Virus record (IMG/VR): IMGVR_UViG_3300021185_001461 | Location: 1 to 64,000 of that record | DNA: 64,000 nt | Strand: one strand, 5' to 3' | DNA from: a virus | Shown: piece after piece, positions 1-9,294 of the stretch | Layout of the letters: each line of letters starts with the position of its first letter | Position numbering within the stretch: position 1 is the first letter of the stretch | Program-made: the position numbers and the translations under genes | The notes under the pieces: generated by a model | Told to the model about the DNA's origin: nothing | Seen by the model: the letters and a program-made list of their open reading frames with translations, nothing else | Database searches by the model: none

Positions 1-132
1 TGGCATCTGTAACGAGTCTACTTTAGCCTCGAGTCTGTTTAATTTTTCTTCTAACACGCGATATCTCTCCGCACATAAATCTACATGTGCCTCTAGATTT
101 TCACGCTCAAGTCTTGACTGATTCATTGCCAT
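1..132 (-). CDS. Partial (runs off window) small coiled-coil phage protein MAMNQSRLERENLEAHVDLCAERYRVLEEKLNRLEAKVDSLQMP...
   Basis: Manually translated from the ATG at 132; open to the window edge; heptad pattern. Confidence 0.7.
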   Translation of the reverse strand, partial: MAMNQSRLERENLEAHVDLCAERYRVLEEKLNRLEAKVDSLQMP

Positions 133-207
133 ATTTTGTTCTCACAATCTTTAGCAGCGTCTTAATAGAGCTGATTTAATTAAAGTACATCCTTGCACTT
201 ATTGTAT

Positions 208-663
208 TTATATGTTTTCTCTATATTTAAAGTATGTGTTTTTACTCACTGTCTTTGTATCTATAATTTCAGGATTAATAATTGCCGTTTCATCTAAAGT
301 TCCATGAACTGGCGTTGCATTAAAATCCTCATCTAACATATAAACACTATTATTCTCTTTATTCCAAGCATCTGCTGTTTCACTAGCAAATTTTAATACC
401 CAAACATCATGTAATCCGGTAAAATTACTACCAAATTGATGATCAGCTAAATCTTCTGCGTCTAACTTTTCAACACTGCTTAATACAGGTTGAGATCTTA
501 AACTTATACTTTGAATAAAAGTATTTAAATTTTGGGCTTGAAAAAATCCTTTAGAGTTACCCTTAGGACTGACTACACCCGTGTCTGTTATATCTATCAG
601 TGTATACACTGTATAAAAATCTGTTGAACCCGTTAAGACCTCTACAGGTCTACTTGTTCCCAT
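208..663 (-). CDS. Hypothetical phage protein (possibly virion)
   Basis: 151-aa ORF coupled to the upstream gene by a TAATG overlap. Confidence 0.6.
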   Translation of the reverse strand: MGTSRPVEVLTGSTDFYTVYTLIDITDTGVVSPKGNSKGFFQAQNLNTFIQSISLRSQPVLSSVEKLDAEDLADHQFGSNFTGLHDVWVLKFASETADAWNKENNSVYMLDEDFNATPVHGTLDETAIINPEIIDTKTVSKNTYFKYRENI

Positions 664-1430
664 TACTCTTGGTCCATGCCAGTCAATTTACCAGCAGTAT
701 AACCTGCCGCAAAAGCTGCCGCACCACGCATAATACGTTTTCCAATACTTTGCTTTTCGCCATCTTTTAAGTTTAAACCATGTTCTTCGGAATACTTTTT
801 AAATGGAATCATTAAGTCACTTCGTCTAGCATTTATTCTATAATGTTTATTTAATTGTGTAGCCGCCAATTGTTGTTGTTGTGTAGTTAACTTAGTCCAG
901 TCACCTACTAATCTTCTGGCTGCTCTTAATTTTGGATCTTGTATAGCTAATTGTCCTTCAAGTTTATAAAAAAATGCTTGTGCTTGACCGGCTGTCATAT
1001 TTCCTGATTGAAGTTGTTTTAAAAATTGTCTTATCTTAGGCTGACTTATTTGCACTTTATTGAATAGTAATTTATCTGCTTCTGTATTTGTAAACCCTTC
1101 TGGTTTTAAAAGAGCGTGTAATGTTTGGTAAACATCTGTGCCACTTGGACTAGGTCTACTAAACCCACCATACATTCCTGTTTTACGTGCATACTCTTTA
1201 GCCACTGGTGCATACTTATAATCATTTGACATAGCATATAAACTCATAAGACCTACAAACAGATGATCAGTTAATCCTCTAGCACCTTCTTTACTAAGTT
1301 GTTGTCTTGTTTTAAACATACGAGCTTCGCCTAGAGATTGAATAAACTCTAAACCATTATTTTCGTCACCTAATGTATGTCCGCCTTCCATGGCTGCATA
1401 CTGTTTTAATGTATATTTTTCTTCGCTCAT
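663..1430 (-). CDS. Hypothetical phage protein, possibly an internal virion protein
   Basis: ORF track 663..1460; likely start MSEEK at 1430, overlapping the stop of the upstream ORF (TAATG). Confidence 0.6.
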   Translation of the reverse strand: MSEEKYTLKQYAAMEGGHTLGDENNGLEFIQSLGEARMFKTRQQLSKEGARGLTDHLFVGLMSLYAMSNDYKYAPVAKEYARKTGMYGGFSRPSPSGTDVYQTLHALLKPEGFTNTEADKLLFNKVQISQPKIRQFLKQLQSGNMTAGQAQAFFYKLEGQLAIQDPKLRAARRLVGDWTKLTTQQQQLAATQLNKHYRINARRSDLMIPFKKYSEEHGLNLKDGEKQSIGKRIMRGAAAFAAGYTAGKLTGMDQE

Positions 1431-1624
1431 TATATATTCTCTTTTGCTATCATATCGCATGTGTTACTTGCATAAGTCTTAAACCATCTAGGAGCAAATG
1501 CATGTATAAACACTGCAAGCATTGCCTTCTTTAATCTCCATGCAATACCCATTGCATGTTTAAAGTGTTGCCAACGTGTCATGTTAACTTCTTCTAAATG
1601 TAATTTACATTGCTTACTATACAT
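1430..1624 (-). CDS. Small DUF6356-like protein
   Basis: Pattern H..EVNMT.WQHF.HAM..AWRL...LAVFIHAFAP.WF.TYAS resembles DUF6356 (recalled, not searched). Confidence 0.6.
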   Translation of the reverse strand: MYSKQCKLHLEEVNMTRWQHFKHAMGIAWRLKKAMLAVFIHAFAPRWFKTYASNTCDMIAKENI

Positions 1625-2809
1625 TTATCTTTCCTTTGCCATGTTAGCCGCTGTAAAGCCTGCTCTATTTACCAATTTAACATCTTTGTCTACTACATAT
1701 CCTTCGCCGCCTCGTTCGCCACTTGTGTATGATTCAACATCTGCGTCTTGTGAATCTAATGCAGTAATAACCATATTCTTAACTTTCATAATTCCTCTAA
1801 TGAAATTAAACGTTGCATTAAACCCATCTATATTACTATTTATATACTCGCCCAGACGTTGTTTTTTAGGTGCTGATAGTTTACTACCATCTAACCATTT
1901 CATAAAGTCTGAACCTAATTTATCTAAGCCGCCTGTTTTTACTGTTGCATTAATATATGCATAAAGTATTTTGCCAAAGTCGGCCATTTTTAATTCTGGT
2001 GGTACATTGAATAACTTATCAATTGCACCTGCATGTTTGCCTACAAACGCATCTAATTCGTCTATTGCAGGAACATCTATACCTGGTGATTTTTGTACCA
2101 TTACTGGTGGCATAATAAATGTTGGTCCACCTTGAAACTGTGTCATATCAATATTACTTTTTTCGCCGTCTAGTCCAATTGCCATATGTACAACTACACC
2201 AACATCGCTTTCTGCAATTTTTTTACCTACGTCACTATCTACTTTTACTTTATATGTTGTAGTGTTTGGAGTGAATACATATTTGTTATCTTCTACTTGT
2301 GGCGTTGTAAACCATAGTAAATCTCCATGTGCGTATCCTCTAAAATCTGCTGGTACTGTTGCTTCTACTTTAGGCCAAATGCTTTTCATTTTGCCAGCAA
2401 ACTCACCATAATCTTGTGGGTTCTTAGCATATCCAGGACGATTTTTTAACATGCCTTCTAAATCATCTGCACTAGTAACTTTACCGTCATAACCTTTTGC
2501 ACTAAATCCACTTTTATCTGTTAATACAAATTCACCCTTTTCGTTGCGGCCAAATATAACCGCAGGTGAACCGTCCCATTTAACAGTAACAGTATTAGGT
2601 TGTTGTTCTACTTGATGTAATGTTGCGATGGCTTTTTTAGCACCGTTGCTACCATCCCATAAGATAAGATCTTCTAAATGTTGAATACGTGCATCTTCAT
2701 TTAGGTCTTGTGCTGTAGGTGTATATAAACCTTTGCCTTTTAATCTAATGTTTCTGAAGTTTCTAGGTTTACGCTTTTTAGTACCTGCTAAAATATCATC
2801 TATTTTCAT
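1625..2809 (-). CDS. DUF6267-like protein with ATP-dependent nucleotide ligase motifs
   Basis: TVKWDGSPA (motif I KxDG), HGDLL (III), EGYVV (IV), KLVNR (V). Confidence 0.65.
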   Translation of the reverse strand: MKIDDILAGTKKRKPRNFRNIRLKGKGLYTPTAQDLNEDARIQHLEDLILWDGSNGAKKAIATLHQVEQQPNTVTVKWDGSPAVIFGRNEKGEFVLTDKSGFSAKGYDGKVTSADDLEGMLKNRPGYAKNPQDYGEFAGKMKSIWPKVEATVPADFRGYAHGDLLWFTTPQVEDNKYVFTPNTTTYKVKVDSDVGKKIAESDVGVVVHMAIGLDGEKSNIDMTQFQGGPTFIMPPVMVQKSPGIDVPAIDELDAFVGKHAGAIDKLFNVPPELKMADFGKILYAYINATVKTGGLDKLGSDFMKWLDGSKLSAPKKQRLGEYINSNIDGFNATFNFIRGIMKVKNMVITALDSQDADVESYTSGERGGEGYVVDKDVKLVNRAGFTAANMAKER

Positions 2810-3054
2810 TTTGGACCCCTGATCTTTTTAACACCTCGGTTAAAACGTTCTGGGTCCCTATTTTTGATACTTAACATGATACGTTTAGTAAGATCCTGAG
2901 CGGTATCATCGTCGTAGTTAGTGTCGATCATCTCTAGAATATTAATAATACTGCTAATAGCATTGTTTCCTTTGCTTTCAAGAATAGCAGTTTTATCTTT
3001 TTTTGGTGCTAAAGAGTTAATTTCCTCTAATAAGCTACGAGTACGTTTTTTCAT
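2806..3054 (-). CDS. Hypothetical phage protein
   Basis: 82-aa ORF, GGAG RBS, late-type ATAAATA upstream, ATGA overlap with the next gene. Confidence 0.65.
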   Translation of the reverse strand: MKKRTRSLLEEINSLAPKKDKTAILESKGNNAISSIINILEMIDTNYDDDTAQDLTKRIMLSIKNRDPERFNRGVKKIRGPK

Positions 3055-3101
3055 GTGTTATATCTCCAGTATAGTTACCTATATAGTATTTATCTATTTT
3101 A

Positions 3102-4505
3102 CTAACTATTACTACGTTTTAGCAAACCGCGAAGTTTATCATGCCCTGCTATTGTATTCTCTACCACACTATTTTCTGCAATATTCTTCTCTTGATGTGT
3201 TACTTTGTTCTGTGCTTTAATCTTTTCAAACATAGCACTAGGTTGATTCATAGTAGATCCTGCTTCATCTTCATCTAAATCTTCAATACGTAAGCCTGCT
3301 ATATCAAATTTTAAGTCTACTTTTTGTCCAACACCACTACTACTACGTGTTTTCATAAATTGTACTTGATAACGCCCTCGTTCACGCATTGCTTGGCTTG
3401 TAAAGATACCAATTACATTATCTGCTGTTTGTACTTTACTTAAACCACCTGCAATATGCGAATGATCAAACTCTACTTCTTCGACTGCTGCCCTGTTTAA
3501 CTGTGATGCAGTAGCAAACAATATATCATGTTCTACTGCAAAATTACGCATTTCTTCTGATACAAACTTGTCTTTGATATATAAATCACTTGGACTAACT
3601 TTGCTTTGTGCTGGCATCATAAGATCTAAATAGTCAATTAATACGCCGTCTACTTTAATATCATTTTTAACTTCAAACTCACGCAAATAACTAGAAACAC
3701 TATTAATAGTAATACCATTTGGTAATTGTACAATTTGTAATTTACCTGCTTTTTTACCTTGCATACGTACTTTTAAATCTACATCATCTTTGTTCTTAAA
3801 CACATCACGTGTATTCATTCCAGTAATCATACTATCTAATCGCATACTAGATAATTCTTCACTAAGCTCTAATGTAATGTATACAACATTAAGTCCTGCA
3901 ATTGACCAGTTAAGTGCTAAGTTCTGCAAGAACAAACTTTTACCACCACCCGATGGTGCAGCAAATATGTTTAGTTCGCCTCTGTTAAATCCACCATATA
4001 ATTTACTATCAATTTCTTTCCAACCAGTACTTGTTCCACCTCGTTGATTACGAACTCGTTCAATACGCTCTGCTGGATCTTCCCAATAATCAGTACCCAT
4101 GTGTTTAGCAAGTCCAATTTGAACTGCTTCTTTAATTCTTCTTTCTACAGGACCATATTGTCCTTTTTCTAACATATCAGCACTTTCAAGTATTGCACCT
4201 TCTAATGCTTTGTGTTTACAAAATGTTTCAAACTCATCAATAAACCAATTTTGATGACGCTCATCTACATCTTTTAATTCTTGTAATTCTATATTTGTTG
4301 TTGCTTTGATTTGTTCTAATGTAGGTAATGCACTATAACCAGATGCATGTTCTTGTATAAATTCTACTGCCTTTCTCAATTCTCTATCAAAGTATAACGG
4401 ATCAATAATTCCGTTAACCCTAGCAAATAGATCCTTGTCTTGTGCTAAAAATTCTACAAACAATCGTTGTAAGTCTACGTTATATTCTTTTACCTGTTCA
4501 TTCAT
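3102..4505 (-). CDS. gp41: DnaB-like replicative helicase (T4 gp41-like)
   Basis: Walker A APSGGGKS, ITLELSE, LIDYLDL, TASQLNR, MKTR; start at 4505 gives an ATGA overlap with the primase. Confidence 0.95.
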   Translation of the reverse strand: MNEQVKEYNVDLQRLFVEFLAQDKDLFARVNGIIDPLYFDRELRKAVEFIQEHASGYSALPTLEQIKATTNIELQELKDVDERHQNWFIDEFETFCKHKALEGAILESADMLEKGQYGPVERRIKEAVQIGLAKHMGTDYWEDPAERIERVRNQRGGTSTGWKEIDSKLYGGFNRGELNIFAAPSGGGKSLFLQNLALNWSIAGLNVVYITLELSEELSSMRLDSMITGMNTRDVFKNKDDVDLKVRMQGKKAGKLQIVQLPNGITINSVSSYLREFEVKNDIKVDGVLIDYLDLMMPAQSKVSPSDLYIKDKFVSEEMRNFAVEHDILFATASQLNRAAVEEVEFDHSHIAGGLSKVQTADNVIGIFTSQAMRERGRYQVQFMKTRSSSGVGQKVDLKFDIAGLRIEDLDEDEAGSTMNQPSAMFEKIKAQNKVTHQEKNIAENSVVENTIAGHDKLRGLLKRSNS

Positions 4506-5515
4506 TTGCAATACTTTCTCATCATTAATTCAATTTTTGTTTTATTACTTTCAGCACTATTAAGTATACTACTTATTGTATACAATCTTCCGTATTTTGT
4601 CAAGCTATCTGATGCATCTTTGCAATCTTTCCATTCGGGAAACGCAACGCTCCAACCATGCTTTATTGCTGCCTTGCACATTAACTTTCCGGCTTCGTCT
4701 GCATCTGGTAATATTATAATACGTTTATTTAAACTATGTAATATATCTGCTTGATCTTCGTTTATGTTATTACTACCAATTGCACACCCGTCTGTTACAA
4801 TAGCATCAAGTTGTCCTTCGCTCACAATAACAATTTCTTTATCAGATGTTTGTCTATCTAAACCATATACAAAATCTTTTTTAGGTTGCTGATTATAGTA
4901 CTTAGGCATTCCGTCAGGAATATTATTGCCTGCCCATCTTGCAGTATAACCTACTACTTTGCCTTTGTATGTAAATGGCAATATAAAACGTTTACTAACT
5001 CTGCCATGTTGTTTACTTGGACTCCACATAAACCTATCATCTGTAATATCAAATCCACGATCAGTTAAGTACATTACTGCATTTGTCCAATCTTCATTTG
5101 GTTCTGTAAATTCCATAAAAGGTTTAGCATCTTCTGGTAGTTCTTTTTCATCCCAATCAATAACTAGTTTTTTACGCTTTTCAGTTTTTATTAATAGTGT
5201 TGCTACATCTTGTTCACGCAATAATTCAAGTTGTATACGTTGTATATCTGCCTCATCGGCACCTAATGTAGTTAATAGTTGCTTTAGCCTTAGTGTAATC
5301 TTACCCTGTGGACTCCAACCAGTTTTAAAATTACAATTAAAACAATTATACTGAAATTTATCACTATCGAAATGAAACCCGCCTCTGCCTTTAGTATCTG
5401 GTCTTGCTTGCCCATTACGTACACACATAGGACAATTACCATGTACCCAACCACTAGGAGTTGTTCGCCAATTGCTAGGAACCAGAGTTCTGACGTATTC
5501 ATTCATTATAGTCAT
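4502..5515 (-). CDS. gp61: DNA primase (T4 gp61-like)
   Basis: N-terminal Zn ribbon CPMC...CFNC, TOPRIM EGQLDA and DADEAG, KDASD. Confidence 0.92.
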   Translation of the reverse strand: MTIMNEYVRTLVPSNWRTTPSGWVHGNCPMCVRNGQARPDTKGRGGFHFDSDKFQYNCFNCNFKTGWSPQGKITLRLKQLLTTLGADEADIQRIQLELLREQDVATLLIKTEKRKKLVIDWDEKELPEDAKPFMEFTEPNEDWTNAVMYLTDRGFDITDDRFMWSPSKQHGRVSKRFILPFTYKGKVVGYTARWAGNNIPDGMPKYYNQQPKKDFVYGLDRQTSDKEIVIVSEGQLDAIVTDGCAIGSNNINEDQADILHSLNKRIIILPDADEAGKLMCKAAIKHGWSVAFPEWKDCKDASDSLTKYGRLYTISSILNSAESNKTKIELMMRKYCK

Positions 5516-5521
5516 GTGTAT

Positions 5522-5550
5522 ATATTACACTCTAACTACGACTTTGTCAA
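5522..5550 (-). promoter_or_regulatory. Sigma70-type promoter of primase (leaderless geometry)
   Basis: TTGACA-17-TAATAT, then 6 nt to the ATG. Confidence 0.7.
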
Positions 5551-6358
5551 GTGTTCCTGCGGAAGATGTGTGTTTTGTTCTAATAAAGTTTACATTTGTA
5601 CGGAATGTCCATGGATCTATTCCAGTATGTCCACTATATGGGAAGAATGTTTGTGTATAAGAACCAAGTGTAATATCAAACCAGTCACCTTCAGTGGGAT
5701 TTTCGCTTAATGCACCCTGTACTGTAAAGTTACCAGTATATCCTGTTCCATACACTGCAATTGTAATTAGTCCATTTGGTTTATTATAATAGCCTGTTGC
5801 TTTTAAGTCACTGCTATAATAGTATGTATCTGATCCAACTACTTGAGAAGTAAATGAGTCATTTATTTGTGTAGTTAGTGGTAATGCATCGCCTTCTTCT
5901 GAACATTCTACTGTAAAGTTAGGACGCATATTTAAGTCACAAAATAGAGGTAATACTAATCCCTTGTCGTTTGTGTAACTAAACACAAGATCGTACAAGC
6001 CTTGCGAGAATAACGCACTCTCACCTACTGTTAATACAACTTTAATACCACCTGCTTCGTAATCAGTAATTATTGCTTTCTTACTTACAACTGTTGATCT
6101 ATCTGTCCTGTCAATAAAAGATGCATTAACCGTAACGCCTTGTAACATTATTGGTTTTCTATCTTGATTTTTTATAAAGAAGAAAAACTGTGAATCAAAT
6201 CCACGAAACAGTTTTAAAAACCTATAGTTTAATGGGCTATTTACTGATGTACCTTTTGCACTAGCGTATTTTCCTAGTCCTGGTGCTGACCCGTGATCCT
6301 CAAGTGTGTATAAATCACCTACTTGGTTAATATTATATGTTGATCCGTAATTTGACAT
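5525..6358 (-). CDS. Hypothetical beta-rich protein, probably virion structural
   Basis: 277 aa, GGAG RBS, late-type GATAAATAC upstream (~6378-6386). Confidence 0.6.
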   Translation of the reverse strand: MSNYGSTYNINQVGDLYTLEDHGSAPGLGKYASAKGTSVNSPLNYRFLKLFRGFDSQFFFFIKNQDRKPIMLQGVTVNASFIDRTDRSTVVSKKAIITDYEAGGIKVVLTVGESALFSQGLYDLVFSYTNDKGLVLPLFCDLNMRPNFTVECSEEGDALPLTTQINDSFTSQVVGSDTYYYSSDLKATGYYNKPNGLITIAVYGTGYTGNFTVQGALSENPTEGDWFDITLGSYTQTFFPYSGHTGIDPWTFRTNVNFIRTKHTSSAGTLDKVVVRV

Positions 6359-6421
6359 GTGTTAGACTCCTGTAATGTATTTATCAAAATCTTCCAAATT
6401 TTTTCTGCATAAATAAAAGTA

Positions 6422-6793
6422 ATGCAAACAAAACACCAGAAGCTTTTAGACGAATATCCGTTCTTAACCGTTATTGAATATGCAGGCAAAGAGTATCTTG
6501 GCATAGTCCAAAATATAGATAGTCATGTTGCCAGCGTATATATCTACGAAAGACTTAACGATACAAAAGAAAGAGTTAAATTTTTACAACTAGGCGAAGA
6601 ATGGTGGTGGGAAACAAATAGAAAACTACCTATAAACATTGCATTACTTAATAGATGGAATTTTGCTCATTGTGTAATGAGTTTTAATGTAAAACAATTA
6701 GAAATAGTAGCAGGCCCCGAAGTTAGGTTAAGTAACAGCATCACTAAACGTATCAAACGTAGAAGTATTAATCTTGTAAAGAAAAACCCGTAG
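6422..6793 (+). CDS. Hypothetical phage protein
   Basis: 123-aa plus-strand ORF preceded by ATAAATA at ~6409-6415. Confidence 0.7.
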   Translation: MQTKHQKLLDEYPFLTVIEYAGKEYLGIVQNIDSHVASVYIYERLNDTKERVKFLQLGEEWWWETNRKLPINIALLNRWNFAHCVMSFNVKQLEIVAGPEVRLSNSITKRIKRRSINLVKKNP

Positions 6794-7352
6794 CCAACAT
6801 ATTTAACTGTAGAACAATAGCCATTGCATATGCGTGAGCGTGTGCTTTTTTAAAGAAGTAATCATCGTTAGTTGGCTTAACCCATACATCTTTATTAATT
6901 GTATCCCAATCCTTACCTATTAAATGTCTTTTAGCAGGACGTATAACTGCTAGTACGGCCGCTAGTTGCGATACACTTTTTGGTTTCATTTGACTTACAA
7001 TGCCAAAGTGTTTGTGAATATGAAAGCATTGTTCTACAACTTCTTTATGCTCTAACAACTCCCACATTGGTTCTTTGTTTAATAATTCAATTAATTGTTG
7101 CTTAGTTTTAATATGTTTATACAAACTAACATTAAGAACATCAATTTTAAAGTAGCCCATCTTTTCTGCTTCTTTATGATCAATTGTACTAAGTCCACTA
7201 AATGGATTACTTGGAATATCATGAAAGTAAACGCCTGTATTATGCTTTACTTGTTTATTGTCTCTGGCAATCATTGCAGGTGTGCCTTTGATTATTTTTA
7301 ACAACTGATCTCTGTCAGCAATATCAATGTCAATATCTGTGTTTACTATCAT
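6768..7352 (-). CDS. Miniature DNA polymerase III alpha (DnaE/family C) catalytic-core-like protein
   Basis: TDIDID, KHNTGVYF, GYFKIDVL, IRPAK and YFFKKAHAHAYA match DnaE PDxDxD, HAAGVV, KxDFL, RPG and YGFNKSHAxAY in order. Confidence 0.8.
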   Translation of the reverse strand: MIVNTDIDIDIADRDQLLKIIKGTPAMIARDNKQVKHNTGVYFHDIPSNPFSGLSTIDHKEAEKMGYFKIDVLNVSLYKHIKTKQQLIELLNKEPMWELLEHKEVVEQCFHIHKHFGIVSQMKPKSVSQLAAVLAVIRPAKRHLIGKDWDTINKDVWVKPTNDDYFFKKAHAHAYAMAIVLQLNMLATGFSLQD

Positions 7353-7438
7353 TGTTTAGGATCCTCATTATTCATTTTGCAGAGCAATAGTATAGGTATA
7401 ACATAGCAACATAATACAAAAAATACAGCTACTATCAT
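7349..7438 (-). CDS. 29-aa single-TM peptide MIVAVFFVLCCYVIPILLLCKMNNEDPKQ
   Basis: Below the ORF-track cutoff; ATGA overlaps at both ends. Confidence 0.65.
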   Translation of the reverse strand: MIVAVFFVLCCYVIPILLLCKMNNEDPKQ

Positions 7439-8106
7439 ATTCCTGCTTGCTCCAATATTCCTTCTACCCACCTAGTATCTTGTGGGTTAACGCTCATAGT
7501 ACGTTGCCAGTAATCTATTTCTAAATAGTCTGTTATCATTTTTAATTGCTCGCCGTTGAACCTGTCAATAAGTCCTTGTGCTTCTGTACTATTAAAAAGT
7601 ACCCACGGTGATATCTTTCCACTACAAATATGAAACACTGCTAAACTTGGTGCAATGTCATTAAAGTATCTATTGTATGTTGTATTATTTTCTTCTGCCC
7701 AAGTTTGTAAAAATATAATTGTACGTTCTACGCCTCTATCAACTGATTCTGTTTTTAATCTTTCTTTCATCCACTTTGTAAATTGTTTATCTTTGCCCCA
7801 TATATCAAGTCTTACACTATTCTTTATTAACCAAGTAGCATAACCTTGCACATCGTCAATACCAATGTCGCGACAGTAATAACCAAACTTACAAAAACTA
7901 ATGTAATATTGACTTTTTGCAAAATCTTCGTATGTTTTATCTTTCTTTGCATTTGTTCCTATTTTATAAAATAATTGATATGATCTAAATCCAAGTTGTA
8001 CATGCTTTTCATCTTTTTGCATGAACCTTCTTTTTTGCTCACACAGATGTACTGCTAATGTGCTTTCTTTCTTAAAAGATTTACCACAGTATTGACATTT
8101 GTGCAT
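7435..8106 (-). CDS. Phage protein with N-terminal C2H2/C2HC zinc finger
   Basis: HKCQYCGKSFKKESTLAVHLC. Confidence 0.7.
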   Translation of the reverse strand: MHKCQYCGKSFKKESTLAVHLCEQKRRFMQKDEKHVQLGFRSYQLFYKIGTNAKKDKTYEDFAKSQYYISFCKFGYYCRDIGIDDVQGYATWLIKNSVRLDIWGKDKQFTKWMKERLKTESVDRGVERTIIFLQTWAEENNTTYNRYFNDIAPSLAVFHICSGKISPWVLFNSTEAQGLIDRFNGEQLKMITDYLEIDYWQRTMSVNPQDTRWVEGILEQAGI

Positions 8107-8107
8107 T

Positions 8108-8569
8108 TTATTTTTTCAACAACTCTTTGATTTGTTTTTTATTCATACCGTGTTCTTCAAACAACTCAACAAAATCTTCTTTTGTTTTAGTACTAATAAA
8201 AATTTCTACTTCGTCATCATTTAAATGACTATAATTCTCTATGACCCATTTTTGTACTTTGCTTTGCTTCATTGCCTTGCCGGGTGCTATCCAAGGATGA
8301 AATGTACTTTTACCTAATCCTACTAACTGCATCAGTTGATACTGCAATTGTGGATGTTTACGTAATTTATTGAAGTGTACATTAACTACTTCATTTGTCC
8401 ATTCTAAGTAATGCTCACTGAACATCTTATCGCCACAACTACTAGTATAACGCATTAGTAACCATATGCCAACTTTTTTCTTTTCTTCTTCTGTTAAACT
8501 ATCATACCAGCCTCTATCTTTAGTATCAATAGATCTCATTTCTTCTTTGATGTTTAATTTATTTGACAA
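8108..8569 (-). CDS. Putative clamp-loader small subunit (T4 gp62-like)
   Basis: LLMRYTS...NEVVN..F..L.KHPQLQYQL...FHPWI pattern; replication-module context. Confidence 0.55.
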   Translation of the reverse strand: MSNKLNIKEEMRSIDTKDRGWYDSLTEEEKKKVGIWLLMRYTSSCGDKMFSEHYLEWTNEVVNVHFNKLRKHPQLQYQLMQLVGLGKSTFHPWIAPGKAMKQSKVQKWVIENYSHLNDDEVEIFISTKTKEDFVELFEEHGMNKKQIKELLKK

Positions 8570-8780
8570 TGATTACTTCTCCTTCAGTTTCTATCCAAAC
8601 CTTTGCACCACATGATAATGGCTTGTCTGGGCTATATACTACTTTTGAGTCACCCTTAATAACAACTTCGTGTGCGTAGTTATTATTTTTAGATGTTTTA
8701 CATGTTAACACAGGTTCTCTTTCGCCTGTTTTACTATTGCGTTTTATAACGTGTTGATTAACATGTATTCTAGTCTTCAT
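8559..8780 (-). CDS. Small hypothetical phage protein
   Basis: IHVNQH...VVYSPDKPLSCGAKVWIET; likely start MKTRIH. Confidence 0.7.
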   Translation of the reverse strand: MKTRIHVNQHVIKRNSKTGEREPVLTCKTSKNNNYAHEVVIKGDSKVVYSPDKPLSCGAKVWIETEGEVIIVK

Positions 8781-8784
8781 TGTA

Positions 8785-9285
8785 CTACCAAAGCTCACTA
8801 ATGTCAAGTACTTCGGGCAATTTGTTTGCTTCTTTCACAAATAATACACAAGGAGGGTTTTCTCCGTCATGTAATGGAACATTTAGCAAATGTCCAAACT
8901 TTAATTTAGGTGCATACCATTTTACATCTGTATAAATGTTAGTAATGTTAACATCTAAATATTTAGGTGTAAATCCAGACATTGGATTAAATCCAAGTAC
9001 ACTAAAGCCTCTGTCATTTAAACTCATTAAACTTATTACTTCTGGATCACCTACATCTGGATCACAGATAACTATACTCCAATCTAAAGGCATAGTAATT
9101 TGATGCTGACCAATTTGCAATACTGCCGCTGGTGCATAAAAACTTTCTAAGAACACTAATGGAATAAAATAATAATCTATGTGTCCTGGGTTACTATAAT
9201 CTAAAATGCTATATCGTAGGTCGTCTATTGTATCTGGTATATCGTCTAACTCATACGTCTTGTTTTCTACTGTTAATATTTTCAT
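8785..9285 (-). CDS. Hypothetical protein (possible degenerate Hint-like fold)
   Basis: 166-aa ORF with AAGGA RBS directly after uvsW. Confidence 0.6.
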   Translation of the reverse strand: MKILTVENKTYELDDIPDTIDDLRYSILDYSNPGHIDYYFIPLVFLESFYAPAAVLQIGQHQITMPLDWSIVICDPDVGDPEVISLMSLNDRGFSVLGFNPMSGFTPKYLDVNITNIYTDVKWYAPKLKFGHLLNVPLHDGENPPCVLFVKEANKLPEVLDISELW

Positions 9286-9294
9286 ACTTTTTCC

